From contig CAVGMD010000001.1 in the NCBI GenBank assembly GCA_963630275.1, positions 3,268 through 67,267 on the forward strand: a stretch of 64,000 nt of DNA, written 5' to 3'. Positions 28,780-37,703 of the stretch are shown piece after piece. This stretch comes from Bacteroidaceae bacterium (GTDB lineage: Bacteria > Bacillota > Clostridia > Lachnospirales > Lachnospiraceae). Both the position numbers and the translations under genes were made by a program. Within the stretch, counting starts at the first letter, position 1. Each line of letters starts with the position of its first letter. Under the pieces are notes generated by a model that was not told the origin of the DNA, searched no databases, and was given only the letters and a program-made list of their open reading frames with translations.

Positions 28780-30111
28780 ATGAAGCATGCCAAACGTCAT
28801 CCTCTCATCTTCGGGACTTTACTTCTGACCGCCACCGGTCTCATCACCCGCATTATCGGTTTCTTCTACCGAATCTATCTGTCCAGACTTTTCGGGGAAG
28901 AAGGCATGGGGATCTATCAGCTGCTCAGTCCGGCGCTGTCTCTCTCCTTTTCCCTGACTGCCGCAGGCTACCAGACCGCCATCTCGAAATTCGTGGCAGC
29001 CGGTTGTGCCAGACGGCATTCCGAGAATCTGAAGATATTGTCTGCCGGTGCAGCCATCACACTGCCGTTGTCTCTTGCGGTGAATGCCGTCCTGTTCCTG
29101 GCAGCGGACCCCATCGGTACTTTTCTGTTAAAAGAGCCCCGGACCATATCCATGCTGCGGATCCTGTCCTTCTCCGTTCCTTTCGCTGCACTGCACGCCT
29201 GTATCAACGGCTATTTCTATGGAAAAAAGAAAGCTTCCGTTCCTGCCCTTACACAGCTATTGGAACAGCTTGCAAGAGTCGGCTGTGTATTTTTCGTCAC
29301 CGGTTCCGATCTTGCTAAGGGCAGTACTCCTTCCATCAATGCCGCAGTCCATGGTCTGACCGTGGGCGAGATTTTTTCCATGCTGATTGCGCTGCTCTGC
29401 CTGTACCTGCACCTGTACCGGCACCTGTCCATTCTCACCCTCCCGGAACTTCTTCCCACCCACAGCATCTTCCGGGATCTTCTGGGAATGACGCTGCCGC
29501 TGACTGCCAACCGCATTGTTCTGAACATACTGCAAAGTATCGAAGCTGTCTCCATCCCCCAGAAGCTTCTGCTCTACGGTTATGATACCACCACAGCCTT
29601 AAGTGTATACGGAGTGCTCACCGGTATGGCGATGCCCATGATCTTTTTCCCAAATGCCCTGACCAGCTCCGTGGCGGTGCTTCTCCTGCCCACCATCTCG
29701 GAAAACCATGCTAAAGGAGACCGTGGAGCCGTTATAAATGACACCCTGCGTACCGTAAAATATTGCAGTCTCATGGGATTTTTTTGTCTGTGCTGTTTTT
29801 TGTTCCTGGGAAACTGGATGGGAACGGAACTGTTCCACAGTGAACTTGCGGGACACTTTATCGTGACTCTGGGATTCATCTGTCCCTTTTTATATCTGGA
29901 TACCACCCTCTCCAGTATCCTGCAGGGGCTGGGCATGGCGGGACGAATCTTTTTCTCCAACGTGATCTGCCTTCTGATCCGACTGCTGTTCGTATTTTTT
30001 GCCATTCCGCGGATCGGTATGCAGGGGTATCTATGGGGGATCCTGGTCAGTCAGCTGGTGTTAGCCGGAATCTATTTTTTCTGTCTGTACCGCTTCTTCC
30101 GGAAAAATTAA
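28780..30111 (+). CDS. MOP-superfamily flippase (SpoVB / MurJ-like polysaccharide biosynthesis protein)
   Basis: 443 aa and polytopic, with about 12 TM segments. The N-terminal pattern (LLTATGLITRIIGFFYRIYLSR.FGEEGMGIYQL) is typical of the SpoVB/MurJ family. It is shorter than classical SpoVB. Confidence 0.65.
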   Translation: MKHAKRHPLIFGTLLLTATGLITRIIGFFYRIYLSRLFGEEGMGIYQLLSPALSLSFSLTAAGYQTAISKFVAAGCARRHSENLKILSAGAAITLPLSLAVNAVLFLAADPIGTFLLKEPRTISMLRILSFSVPFAALHACINGYFYGKKKASVPALTQLLEQLARVGCVFFVTGSDLAKGSTPSINAAVHGLTVGEIFSMLIALLCLYLHLYRHLSILTLPELLPTHSIFRDLLGMTLPLTANRIVLNILQSIEAVSIPQKLLLYGYDTTTALSVYGVLTGMAMPMIFFPNALTSSVAVLLLPTISENHAKGDRGAVINDTLRTVKYCSLMGFFCLCCFLFLGNWMGTELFHSELAGHFIVTLGFICPFLYLDTTLSSILQGLGMAGRIFFSNVICLLIRLLFVFFAIPRIGMQGYLWGILVSQLVLAGIYFFCLYRFFRKN

Positions 30112-30113
30112 AA

Positions 30114-30153
30114 ATACCTCCGTTACCCGCTTACACCGGGCTGACGGAGGTAT
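30114..30153. terminator. Bidirectional intrinsic terminator
   Basis: A perfect 10-bp stem forms between ATACCTCCGT (30114-30123) and ACGGAGGTAT (30144-30153), with an inner CCCG/CGGG pairing. A strong T-run follows on the minus strand (TTTTTAATTTTT) and a weaker one on the plus strand. Confidence 0.7.
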
Positions 30154-30186
30154 CTGTTCTTCTATCTTACTTATCTTATTCGAAGC

Positions 30187-30555
30187 CTATTCCGTAAATA
30201 CCGTTTTGCTTCCCACAAAATACTGGTACTGCTGTAAGATCTGGTCCTTACGCATATCGGAGATCGCCTTCTCCACATCCAGGGAATGGATATCGCTGTC
30301 CCTGCCGATGTAGCCGAAATCATCCTGCTTGTGGAATGTAAGGGAAATATCATCCAGTGCCGCATTGGCGTAAGGTTTCAGCGTCTGCTCCGTAGCCTGA
30401 CCTGCCTTACCGGCATTTATCTGTTCAGAAGATGCTACACGAGACTCTGCCCCGGTCTCTTCTACGATCACTGTCTTCGCCGGCTGCGGCATCTGTATGC
30501 TGTAGTCCTGCATTCTGCCGATTCCATTGATTCCGTTAACTCCGCCGATTCCCAT
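30187..30555 (-). CDS. Hypothetical protein
   Basis: This is a 122-aa ORF with a GGAGG RBS (AAGGAGGTGAGTAC ATG). The N-terminus is Gly/Asn-rich (GIGGVNGINGIG). I recognise no family. Confidence 0.45.
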   Translation of the reverse strand: MGIGGVNGINGIGRMQDYSIQMPQPAKTVIVEETGAESRVASSEQINAGKAGQATEQTLKPYANAALDDISLTFHKQDDFGYIGRDSDIHSLDVEKAISDMRKDQILQQYQYFVGSKTVFTE

Positions 30556-30670
30556 GTACTCACCTCCTTGTCCTTCGTTTTTTCATGATCGCACATACCA
30601 TGCAAAATTTTATCTTCTTTTCAACTATAATATCGACCGATTTTATGAAAAGTTAAGTCTGCCCGTGATT

Positions 30671-31135
30671 TTAATTGTGATTCTTGTCATTCAGAACACT
30701 CTTCAGTTCATCCATGAAGGTGTTCACATCCTTGAACTCCCGGTATACGGAAGCGAATCTTACATAAGCAACCGCGTCCAGATCCTTCAACTTATTCATC
30801 ACAAGTTCACCGATGGTTCCGCTGGGGATCTCCCGTTCTTCCCGGTTAAAGATCTCGTTCTCCACCTCATCCACCAGTGTTGTGATCTGCTGCGCGCTGA
30901 CCGGACGTTTATGACAGGCTCTGAGTACTCCGGCCTCGATCTTGGCACGGTCGTACGCCTCCCTGTTATTGTCCTTTTTAATAATGATCAGCGGAATCGT
31001 CTCGATCTTCTCGTAAGTGGTAAATCGCTTGCCGCATTCATCACACACACGGCGACGGCGAATGGAATTGTTATCTTCCGCCGGTCTCGAATCGATGACT
31101 CTGGTATTTTCATGGCTGCAGAACGGACATTTCAT
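30671..31135 (-). CDS. nrdR: Transcriptional repressor NrdR
   Basis: It has the MKCPFC....RVIDSR......IRRRR.C..C..RFTT.E zinc ribbon and an ATP-cone. The start at 31135 has a GAGGAGGA RBS. The track start is 31159. Confidence 0.95.
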   Translation of the reverse strand: MKCPFCSHENTRVIDSRPAEDNNSIRRRRVCDECGKRFTTYEKIETIPLIIIKKDNNREAYDRAKIEAGVLRACHKRPVSAQQITTLVDEVENEIFNREEREIPSGTIGELVMNKLKDLDAVAYVRFASVYREFKDVNTFMDELKSVLNDKNHN

Positions 31136-31188
31136 AGGCATCCTCCTCTTAAAAACCACGTGTTATTTATACGGATATTATAAGAGAA

Positions 31189-31422
31189 TCAACAGTTAAT
31201 GTCAACTAAAATTATGTCCGGACCGATCTGTCTGATGTCCTTGTACGGGATGACGATATGCGGCTCGCAGCGCAGGAATCCCAGCCACTGATTCCCACCG
31301 GGTACCATGATCTTACAGATGCATCCACTGCACTCGTCGAACTCCAGATCACAGACATGCCCCAGCTTTTTACAGTCTCTGACATTGATCACATCTTTGC
31401 ATTTTAACTCGGAAAAAAGCAT
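31189..31422 (-). CDS. ylmC: YlmC/YmxH family sporulation protein (PRC-barrel)
   Basis: 77 aa. It has L..KDVINV.DC.KLG.V.D.EFD...G.I..I.VP. Confidence 0.85.
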   Translation of the reverse strand: MLFSELKCKDVINVRDCKKLGHVCDLEFDECSGCICKIMVPGGNQWLGFLRCEPHIVIPYKDIRQIGPDIILVDINC

Positions 31423-31573
31423 ATGCGTACTCCTGCTTTCTTTCTATCTGTATAATATATGATCTTCCCATTCATTTGTTCGGGAAATACTGGAAATTCC
31501 CACCGGAAAGTATATTCTCCCACGGTACTGTGAATACTGTAGTTATCAAAAATTCAGTAATCGGGAGGTCTCT

Positions 31574-32353
31574 ATGGTACAGGGAAAAGTGGAAATCTGC
31601 GGTGTCAATACAGCAAAGCTGCCTTTGTTAAAGGCAGCAGACAAGGAAGCTCTGTTCGCGAAGATCCGCGAAGGAGACACTGCTGCCCGAGAGACATATA
31701 TCGAAGGGAATTTGCGCCTGGTCTTAAGTGTGATCAAACGCTTTTCCGGCAGTGCGGAGAATGTGGACGATCTGTTCCAGATCGGTTGCATCGGTCTCAT
31801 CAAAGCCATTGATAATTTTGATTCCACCCTCGGGGTAAAATTCTCCACCTACGCCGTGCCCATGATCATCGGCGAGATCCGCAGGTTCTTACGGGACAAC
31901 AACAGTATTCGTGTGTCACGTTCCCTGAAGGATACCGCTTATAAGGCGATCTACGCCAGAGACACATTGACCAGGAAAAATCTGAAAGAGCCCACCATGG
32001 AAGAGATTGCTGCGGAAGTGGGTATCTCCAAGGAAGACATCGTCTATGCCTTAGATGCCATGCAGAACCCCATGAGTCTCTACGAACCGGTCTACACTGA
32101 CGGCGGTGACACCCTCTATGTCATGGATCAGATCAGTGATAAAAAAAATAAGGAAGAGACGTGGGTGGAACATCTCTCCCTCAGTGAGGCCATGAAACGT
32201 CTGAACGACAGGGAACGTCATATCATCTCTCTGCGATTTTTTGAAGGAAAGACCCAGACCGAGGTCGCCGATATGATCGGTATCTCCCAGGCACAGGTCT
32301 CCCGTCTCGAAAAAAATGCCCTGAAAGCCATGCGGGGGTATCTTACCGCATAG
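31574..32353 (+). CDS. sigG: Forespore sigma factor SigG
   Basis: 259 aa. It is near-colinear with B. subtilis SigG: KVEICGV.T.KLP.LK, GNLRLVLSVI.RF, DDLFQ.GCIGL.K.IDNFD, KFSTYAVPMIIGEIRR.LRDNN.IRVSRSL, and QAQVSRLEK.A. Confidence 0.9.
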   Translation: MVQGKVEICGVNTAKLPLLKAADKEALFAKIREGDTAARETYIEGNLRLVLSVIKRFSGSAENVDDLFQIGCIGLIKAIDNFDSTLGVKFSTYAVPMIIGEIRRFLRDNNSIRVSRSLKDTAYKAIYARDTLTRKNLKEPTMEEIAAEVGISKEDIVYALDAMQNPMSLYEPVYTDGGDTLYVMDQISDKKNKEETWVEHLSLSEAMKRLNDRERHIISLRFFEGKTQTEVADMIGISQAQVSRLEKNALKAMRGYLTA

Positions 32354-32360
32354 ACCTCCC

Positions 32361-33210
32361 TTATAATATCCGAGCGTCCCCCTTGTATACGGCATTTAAC
32401 AGGGGACTGAGCTTCTCGCTCACCGCCTCCTGTATCGCAGTCCGGATATCCTCCTGACTGTTTAGGGCGAAATCCGTAAACACTTCGCACATTTCCACAC
32501 TGGCATATTTATCGTTTGCCACATCATCATGGTCTTCGTAGACCGGGAAACGAATCTTCGTCAGTTCCTTTTTCAATATCGGATACGGAACTCTCTCGCT
32601 CTTGGAGGGCAGTGGCATATAGTTCAGATTAGACACCGTCTCGATGGAGATCCTGCTCATCAGGTATTCATAAAAGTCCGGATAACGCAGCTCGATGCAG
32701 GCAAATACCAGCGCAATCTTCCTGCACAGCGTGATCTCCTCGTCTTAGAATTCATCGTAGATTCCCTTTCTGACCGCCACTTTATCCGTCAGCTTATAAT
32801 AATTGGCGATTCTCTTGATACTTCTGGGATTGCCGTCGGTCGTCATCCGGATCAGATTTATATATTCGTTTCTCTCCGCCTTCTCCATACTGCCGATATC
32901 CAGTCCGAACATCTCGGAGATCATCGTCTCCAGCTTGTAGTTCGCCACCGGCATATTGAAGGGCAGTTGAATGATCTTATTGAAAAAGCTCTGGGCCTTC
33001 TCCTTGGAAATCTCTCCGTACTTCGCCCGGATTCCCTGGAATACCACCGCCGTATCGATTGCCAGCACAAAAATGCAGTTCTCACAGTCCAGTGTAAAAT
33101 CCCCCCAGTCCTTCCACATAGGGACTGACCTCGAATTCATCCTGGTTCGCCTGTTCGATAGGGCGGTCGGCATTTCCCTTGTAAGCTTTCCGTGTCTCTT
33201 CCGGTCTCAT
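32361..33210 (-). pseudogene. Decayed KAP-family P-loop NTPase gene
   Basis: The N-terminal piece starts at the ATG at 33210 (MRPEETRKAYKGNADRPIEQANQDEFEVSPYVEGLGG...) and ends in a stop. The next frame continues WKDWGDFTLDCENCIFVLAIDTAVV...FFNKIIQLPFNMP...NPRSIKRIANYY, which are KAP hallmarks. An in-frame TAA at 32745-32747 interrupts ...GIYDEF*DEEITLCRKIALVFACIEL.... The Walker A region between the N-terminal piece and FVLAID is missing. Confidence 0.7.
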
Positions 33211-33255
33211 CTTACGTATCTCCCTCATTTTTCATGTTATCTTCTGATTACACTT

Positions 33256-33789
33256 TTATTGTCTGCGGAATCTCCGCAGCATTCTATACAGTATCTGAAA
33301 CAGCACATAGCCGATCATCCCACCCAGCACATTGGTCAGAATATCGTCCACCTGGAAATATCCCCTGCCGGTGATCAACTGGATCGTCTCCACGCCGAGG
33401 CTGGTCACAAACGCTGCGAAAGCATTCCTGAAAGATCCCCGAAGCCGGGGAAACGCCCAGGGACAGATAAATCCATAGGGAATAAACAGCAGTACATTTT
33501 CCACGACAAAAGCATGGTTCCTTGCATTCGTCCCCCAGGTAGAGAACAGTTCCAGATCCATGCCGACCCGGCTGCCGTCCTCCCTGGAGAAAAAAGTGAT
33601 CACCAAAATGATCATCAGATACAGAGAAAATGCTATGAGTCCCGCCATGGGAAAGGCATCCTTCCCCTTACACTCCCGCCTGGCATTCAGTCCGTTCAGG
33701 ATCAGTCCCATGACAGCCCCCGCCATGATCCCGTAGGGAAGATAGACAAAAGCCTCCTTCAGATCCTTTATTATATATTTTAACATCAT
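33256..33789 (-). CDS. VanZ family membrane protein
   Basis: 177 aa with 4-5 TM segments. It has the VanZ-type ENVLLFIPYGF motif. Confidence 0.7.
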   Translation of the reverse strand: MMLKYIIKDLKEAFVYLPYGIMAGAVMGLILNGLNARRECKGKDAFPMAGLIAFSLYLMIILVITFFSREDGSRVGMDLELFSTWGTNARNHAFVVENVLLFIPYGFICPWAFPRLRGSFRNAFAAFVTSLGVETIQLITGRGYFQVDDILTNVLGGMIGYVLFQILYRMLRRFRRQ

Positions 33790-33801
33790 CTTATTATTTC
33801 C

Positions 33802-34119
33802 TTACATTTGATAGGTATCCCAATGGGAAGGTGCTTCCTCCCATATCTTCTTATCCTCGAATAAGCGGTCGTTCATCCAGCCGACGGCATCCACCACGCC
33901 GTCCTCGTCAAAAGAAAAATAAGCTCTTTTCTTTTTTTCCTCCGGCGTTTTGAAATAATTAAAGGGCTCCGGCCATACCGTCACCATAAGCTTTTTACCG
34001 CCTTCGGGGTCCTCCGGATCCTGCGTCTGTTCCAGGCGGTAGCGCATCCCCTGGTGGCATCCGGTGAATTCCGTCTTTTTCAAATATTCCATCGATAATA
34101 TATCATCACGCTGTATCAT
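33802..34119 (-). CDS. Hypothetical protein
   Basis: This is a 105-aa ORF spaced tightly (12 nt) from the VanZ gene. I recognise no family. Confidence 0.45.
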   Translation of the reverse strand: MIQRDDILSMEYLKKTEFTGCHQGMRYRLEQTQDPEDPEGGKKLMVTVWPEPFNYFKTPEEKKKRAYFSFDEDGVVDAVGWMNDRLFEDKKIWEEAPSHWDTYQM

Positions 34120-34211
34120 GTATCTTCATCCTTAAAATCTGTCATTCACAACCCGGAGCATATGTTTCTCCGTAATTTCTATAGTAGCATGTATCCGTCC
34201 CGAATGCAAAG

Positions 34212-34949
34212 TCAAATATATAGACTGATCTCCTTTTTCAGCTGCCGCATGATCTTTTTCTCCAGTCTGGAAATATAGGACTGGGAGATTCCCAGGAAGC
34301 TTGCCACCTCCTTCTGGGTCATCTCCTGTCCGTCCGGTGTTCCCAGTCCGAACCGCAGCCGTACGATGGTCTTCTCCCGGTTCGACAGCTTACTCACGGC
34401 ATTCATTAAAAGCTTGCGTTCCACTTCGTTCTCGATCCCCCGGTAGATCACGTCCTCATCCGTTCCCAGAATATCCGACAGAAGCAGTTCGTTGCCGTCC
34501 CAGTCCACGTTCAGCGGTTCATCAATGGAGACTTCCATTTTCGTCTTGTTGTTACGGCGCAGATACATCAATATCTCATTTTCAATGCACCGGGAGGCAT
34601 AGGTCGCCAGCTTGATGTTTTTCTCCGGATTAAAAGTATTGATGGATTTAATCAGTCCGATGGTGCCGATGGAGATCAGGTCCTCCACACCCACTCCCGT
34701 ATTATCGAATTTTTTTGCTATGTAAACTACGAGACGCAGGTTATGCTCGATCAGAATCGCCTTCGCCTCATCCTCATATTCCGTCCCCAGATCACTGATC
34801 ACCTGATTCTCCTGATCGCTTTGCAGAGGAGGCGGTAATACTTCCGCTCCGCCGATATAGTGAATGTCGCCTTTCCGATGTATGGGGAAAGGCTCCCTGC
34901 GTGTTATTTTCAATTTCATTTTTCCGGGTATTGCTATCTTTAAGATCAT
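34212..34949 (-). CDS. sigE: Pro-sigma-E (sporulation sigma factor SigE) with N-terminal pro-sequence
   Basis: 245 aa. It has [42 protein letters not shown], the SigE signature [21 protein letters not shown], and [11 protein letters not shown]. The ATG at 34949 has a GGAAGGAG RBS and overlaps the spoIIGA stop (ATGA). Confidence 0.92.
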   Translation of the reverse strand: MILKIAIPGKMKLKITRREPFPIHRKGDIHYIGGAEVLPPPLQSDQENQVISDLGTEYEDEAKAILIEHNLRLVVYIAKKFDNTGVGVEDLISIGTIGLIKSINTFNPEKNIKLATYASRCIENEILMYLRRNNKTKMEVSIDEPLNVDWDGNELLLSDILGTDEDVIYRGIENEVERKLLMNAVSKLSNREKTIVRLRFGLGTPDGQEMTQKEVASFLGISQSYISRLEKKIMRQLKKEISLYI

Positions 34950-35761
34950 AATTGCTCCTTCCTGTCTCCCGGCTGCAGCAATGCAGGATGCAGCAGCATA
35001 GGAATTTCTTTTCCGGCAATTTCCTCTTCACTCACTGCCAGATATACATTTCTGCACACTCTTTCCACGCCCCGGTACCGGATCGTTATCTGCGGTACCA
35101 GATAACCGCTAAGAATGCCACTGCTCTTCCCAACGCTGTGGTAGGGAATCGCCCGAAAAGGGGGAAGTCCGCTGTTCCACAGACTTTGGAAAATCCGGGC
35201 ATCTATCACCGACACCGGTGCCCCGCTGATGGGTTCCCTTAACGTATTGCCGGAATCGATCAGGGCGGGGATCCGGCATTCACCGTCCGTTCCCCGCAGG
35301 AGCACCTGACAGTACACCGCTTGCTCCTCTTCCTTTTTCCTGTGTCTCAGAAAAATCATGCAAAAAAGCGCTCCCACTCCAAGCACCATACAGGTGCCCG
35401 GGAGGAAGTTTCTACCTGCGGGAAAGCTTCGAAACACCGCCGCCAGCGCCCCTCCCATCAAAAAAGTAAAAAAGCACTGTTTTCTGAAATACAGCCAAAG
35501 CCCTCCCATATTCCGCATGGGAAAAGCCACCCACAGCATGAGTCCCGTCCCCGGCAAAAGGCACAGGAAGAGCTTTAAAAGCGCCGCTCCCTTCCATAAA
35601 AAAGGAAGCAGATAACATACCGCTCCGATTGCCGCCCCGGCTGTCAGCCGGTACCACGTGGCAGTGTGGCAGGTACTGTGATCCACCAGGATCAGAAGTA
35701 ACAGGTTCATGCCGAAGTTCAGGAGGAACAGGCTGTCAAAATACAGTTCATAATGCATCAT
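34946..35761 (-). CDS. spoIIGA: Sigma-E processing peptidase SpoIIGA
   Basis: 271 aa. It has five N-terminal TM segments and a C-terminal aspartic protease motif, [17 protein letters not shown]. It is translationally coupled to sigE. Confidence 0.88.
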   Translation of the reverse strand: MMHYELYFDSLFLLNFGMNLLLLILVDHSTCHTATWYRLTAGAAIGAVCYLLPFLWKGAALLKLFLCLLPGTGLMLWVAFPMRNMGGLWLYFRKQCFFTFLMGGALAAVFRSFPAGRNFLPGTCMVLGVGALFCMIFLRHRKKEEEQAVYCQVLLRGTDGECRIPALIDSGNTLREPISGAPVSVIDARIFQSLWNSGLPPFRAIPYHSVGKSSGILSGYLVPQITIRYRGVERVCRNVYLAVSEEEIAGKEIPMLLHPALLQPGDRKEQL

Positions 35762-35778
35762 ACCCCTCCTTCAGAATT

Positions 35779-35812
35779 ATTATAAGGGGTGTGGTCAGCA
35801 GATTTTGTCAAA
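35779..35812 (-). promoter_or_regulatory. spoIIGA promoter candidate with a long spacer and an overlapping Spo0A-box-like site
   Basis: On the minus strand: TTGACA (35811-35806), a 21-nt spacer, then TATAAT (35784-35779). TGTCAAA (35806-35812, plus strand) differs from the 0A-box consensus TGTCGAA at one position. The -10 element lies only about 18 nt from the start codon, which is a weakness. Confidence 0.35.
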
Positions 35813-35838
35813 TTTTCACCCGCCGGAACCTTTTTCAT

Positions 35839-37629
35839 TCAGTTATTTTCGACAGCAGCCTCTTTGCTCTTCTCCAGACCCAGATAGGGCAAAATATTTT
35901 CATACAGCTGCCGGATAATAGGCGCCGCTACCTGTCCTCCGTAATAGACGCCCTGGGGATTATTGATGATGGCAATGGCGATGACCTTGGGATCATCCGC
36001 CGGTGCGAAGCCGATAAACGAGGAAATATAACGTCCGCTTCCGCGAGGCAGCGTCTGGCTGGTGGCGGTCTTGCCCCCGACCCGGAAGCCCTGCACCTGC
36101 CCGTTCCTGCCGGAGCCTTCCGCCACTACCATTTCGAGAATATAGCGCATGGTGGCTGAGGTCTCCTCCGATACGATCCCCTCCCGCACCGGATAGATAT
36201 ACGTCTCCTCCACTTCCCCGTCCCGGTTCAACGCCTCGATGCCGAAGTGTGGCGTGATGCGATTGCCGCCGTTGATAATGGAAGAAGCCGTGGTCAGCAG
36301 CTGGATCGCCGTAATCTGAAAAGACTGCCCGAACGCCACCGTCGCCAGTTCCACATTTCCCATGTTTTCCTTTTTATGCATGATCGTTGCCGCTTCTCCC
36401 GGCAGATCCACCCCGGTGCGCTGTTTTAAACCAAACTGCTCAAAATACCGGTAATAATTATCCACGCCGAGACGGAGCCCCACGGTAATGAGTGCCGGAT
36501 TACAGCTGTTTTCCATGCATTGCACAAAGGTCTGGCTCCCATGTCCCGCGGTCTTATGACACCGGATCTTACGATCGTCCACAATAATAAACCCCGGACA
36601 GGAAAAGTTGCTCTCCGGTGTCACCACCCCCGCCTCCAATCCGGCAGCCGCCGTAATGATCTTAAAAGTGGAGCCCGGTTCATAAGTGTCGTTAATGCAG
36701 CCGTTTCTCCACATAGCATTTAATTTTTCCTGCTTCTGCTCGGCTGTAAGATGCCCAGGATCTGTGGTAAGGAGATTACCGTCTTCTGTCGTAACGGTCT
36801 CCGCCGGCAGTGTATAAGGGTCATTCAGATCAAACTCCGGGTAATTGACCATCGCCAGAATCTCCCCGTTCTTCGGATTCATGGTAATGATATAGACGCT
36901 GTCCGCCTCCTTGGTGACACAGGCCTGTTCTGCCAGCTGCGTGGCATACTCCTGGATGTTTCTGTCAATGCTGATGCGAAGGTCTCTCCCCGGCACCGGC
37001 TCCACCCGGCGTTCACCCGCAGTGTCCACCTCGATTCCCTTGGCATCCGTTACGGTTAATATCATGCCGGACTCTCCTTTAAGGACTTCCTCGTAGACCA
37101 CTTCCAGTCCGATGATCCCCTGATTGTCGCCTCCGGTGAACCCCAACACCTTACTTGCCAGTTCTCCGTAAGGGTAATATCTCTTGTAATCTTCATCCAC
37201 TTTTACCCCCGCCAGATCATATTCCCGGATTCTGTCACCGACGGTCTTATCCACGTTACTTTTCACCCGCTCGATGGAGGAATATTTTTCCACTCGTTTC
37301 CTGACTTCTTCCTCTGAGATCCCCAGCTCCTTTACCAGCATGGCAATGACCTGCTCGGGCTCTTCGATCTGGTTGTGAATCACGGATACGGTGCAGACTG
37401 TTTTATTATCCGCCAGCACGACGCCGTTACGATCCAGAATCCTCCCCCTCGCCGCCTTGATGCTTCTCTCCCTCTCATGCAGTCTGGTGGCTGCTTCCGC
37501 ATAATAATCCGCCCTCCATACCATCAGATACAAAAGTCGTCCCAGCAGCCCGCAGAAGACTGCCGTACATACAAAAAATATGGTCATGATCTTTTTGCGG
37601 TGAAAAAATCGATTCTGATGATCTGCCAT
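35839..37629 (-). CDS. spoVD: Class B penicillin-binding protein (SpoVD/FtsI family transpeptidase)
   Basis: 596 aa. It has an N-terminal TM segment, a PBP dimerisation domain, and the transpeptidase motifs STFK (GSTFKIITAAAG), SCN and KTATS-type KTG. Its position after the first PBP and before spoIIGA suggests a SpoVD orthologue. No PASTA domain is evident. Confidence 0.7.
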   Translation of the reverse strand: MADHQNRFFHRKKIMTIFFVCTAVFCGLLGRLLYLMVWRADYYAEAATRLHERERSIKAARGRILDRNGVVLADNKTVCTVSVIHNQIEEPEQVIAMLVKELGISEEEVRKRVEKYSSIERVKSNVDKTVGDRIREYDLAGVKVDEDYKRYYPYGELASKVLGFTGGDNQGIIGLEVVYEEVLKGESGMILTVTDAKGIEVDTAGERRVEPVPGRDLRISIDRNIQEYATQLAEQACVTKEADSVYIITMNPKNGEILAMVNYPEFDLNDPYTLPAETVTTEDGNLLTTDPGHLTAEQKQEKLNAMWRNGCINDTYEPGSTFKIITAAAGLEAGVVTPESNFSCPGFIIVDDRKIRCHKTAGHGSQTFVQCMENSCNPALITVGLRLGVDNYYRYFEQFGLKQRTGVDLPGEAATIMHKKENMGNVELATVAFGQSFQITAIQLLTTASSIINGGNRITPHFGIEALNRDGEVEETYIYPVREGIVSEETSATMRYILEMVVAEGSGRNGQVQGFRVGGKTATSQTLPRGSGRYISSFIGFAPADDPKVIAIAIINNPQGVYYGGQVAAPIIRQLYENILPYLGLEKSKEAAVENN

Positions 37630-37680
37630 AAAAAAACCTCACCCAGGAGCTTTTTATATTTTATGGCTCCAAAGGTGAGG
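37630..37680 (-). terminator. Intrinsic terminator between the two PBP genes, overlapping the spoVD-like RBS
   Basis: CCTCACC (37637-37643) pairs with GGTGAGG (37674-37680), with an inner GGAGC/GCTCC pairing. On the minus strand the stem is followed by TTTTTTT and then directly by the ATG at 37629. The 3' arm GGTGAGG is the only SD-like sequence available for that ATG. Confidence 0.6.
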
Positions 37681-37703
37681 CTATTCGTTCCATGAACGGC
37701 TAT

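Noticed and set aside
31510-31558. Forespore promoter upstream of sigG. The candidates are GTATA-N15-GTGAATACTG (sigma-F-like) and TGAATA-N18-CAGTAAT (sigma-G-like).
   Set aside because: The -35 elements match well, but both -10 elements deviate from the consensus (GGnnAnAHTR and CATACTA) at two or more key positions. This is too weak to annotate as a feature without 5'-end data.
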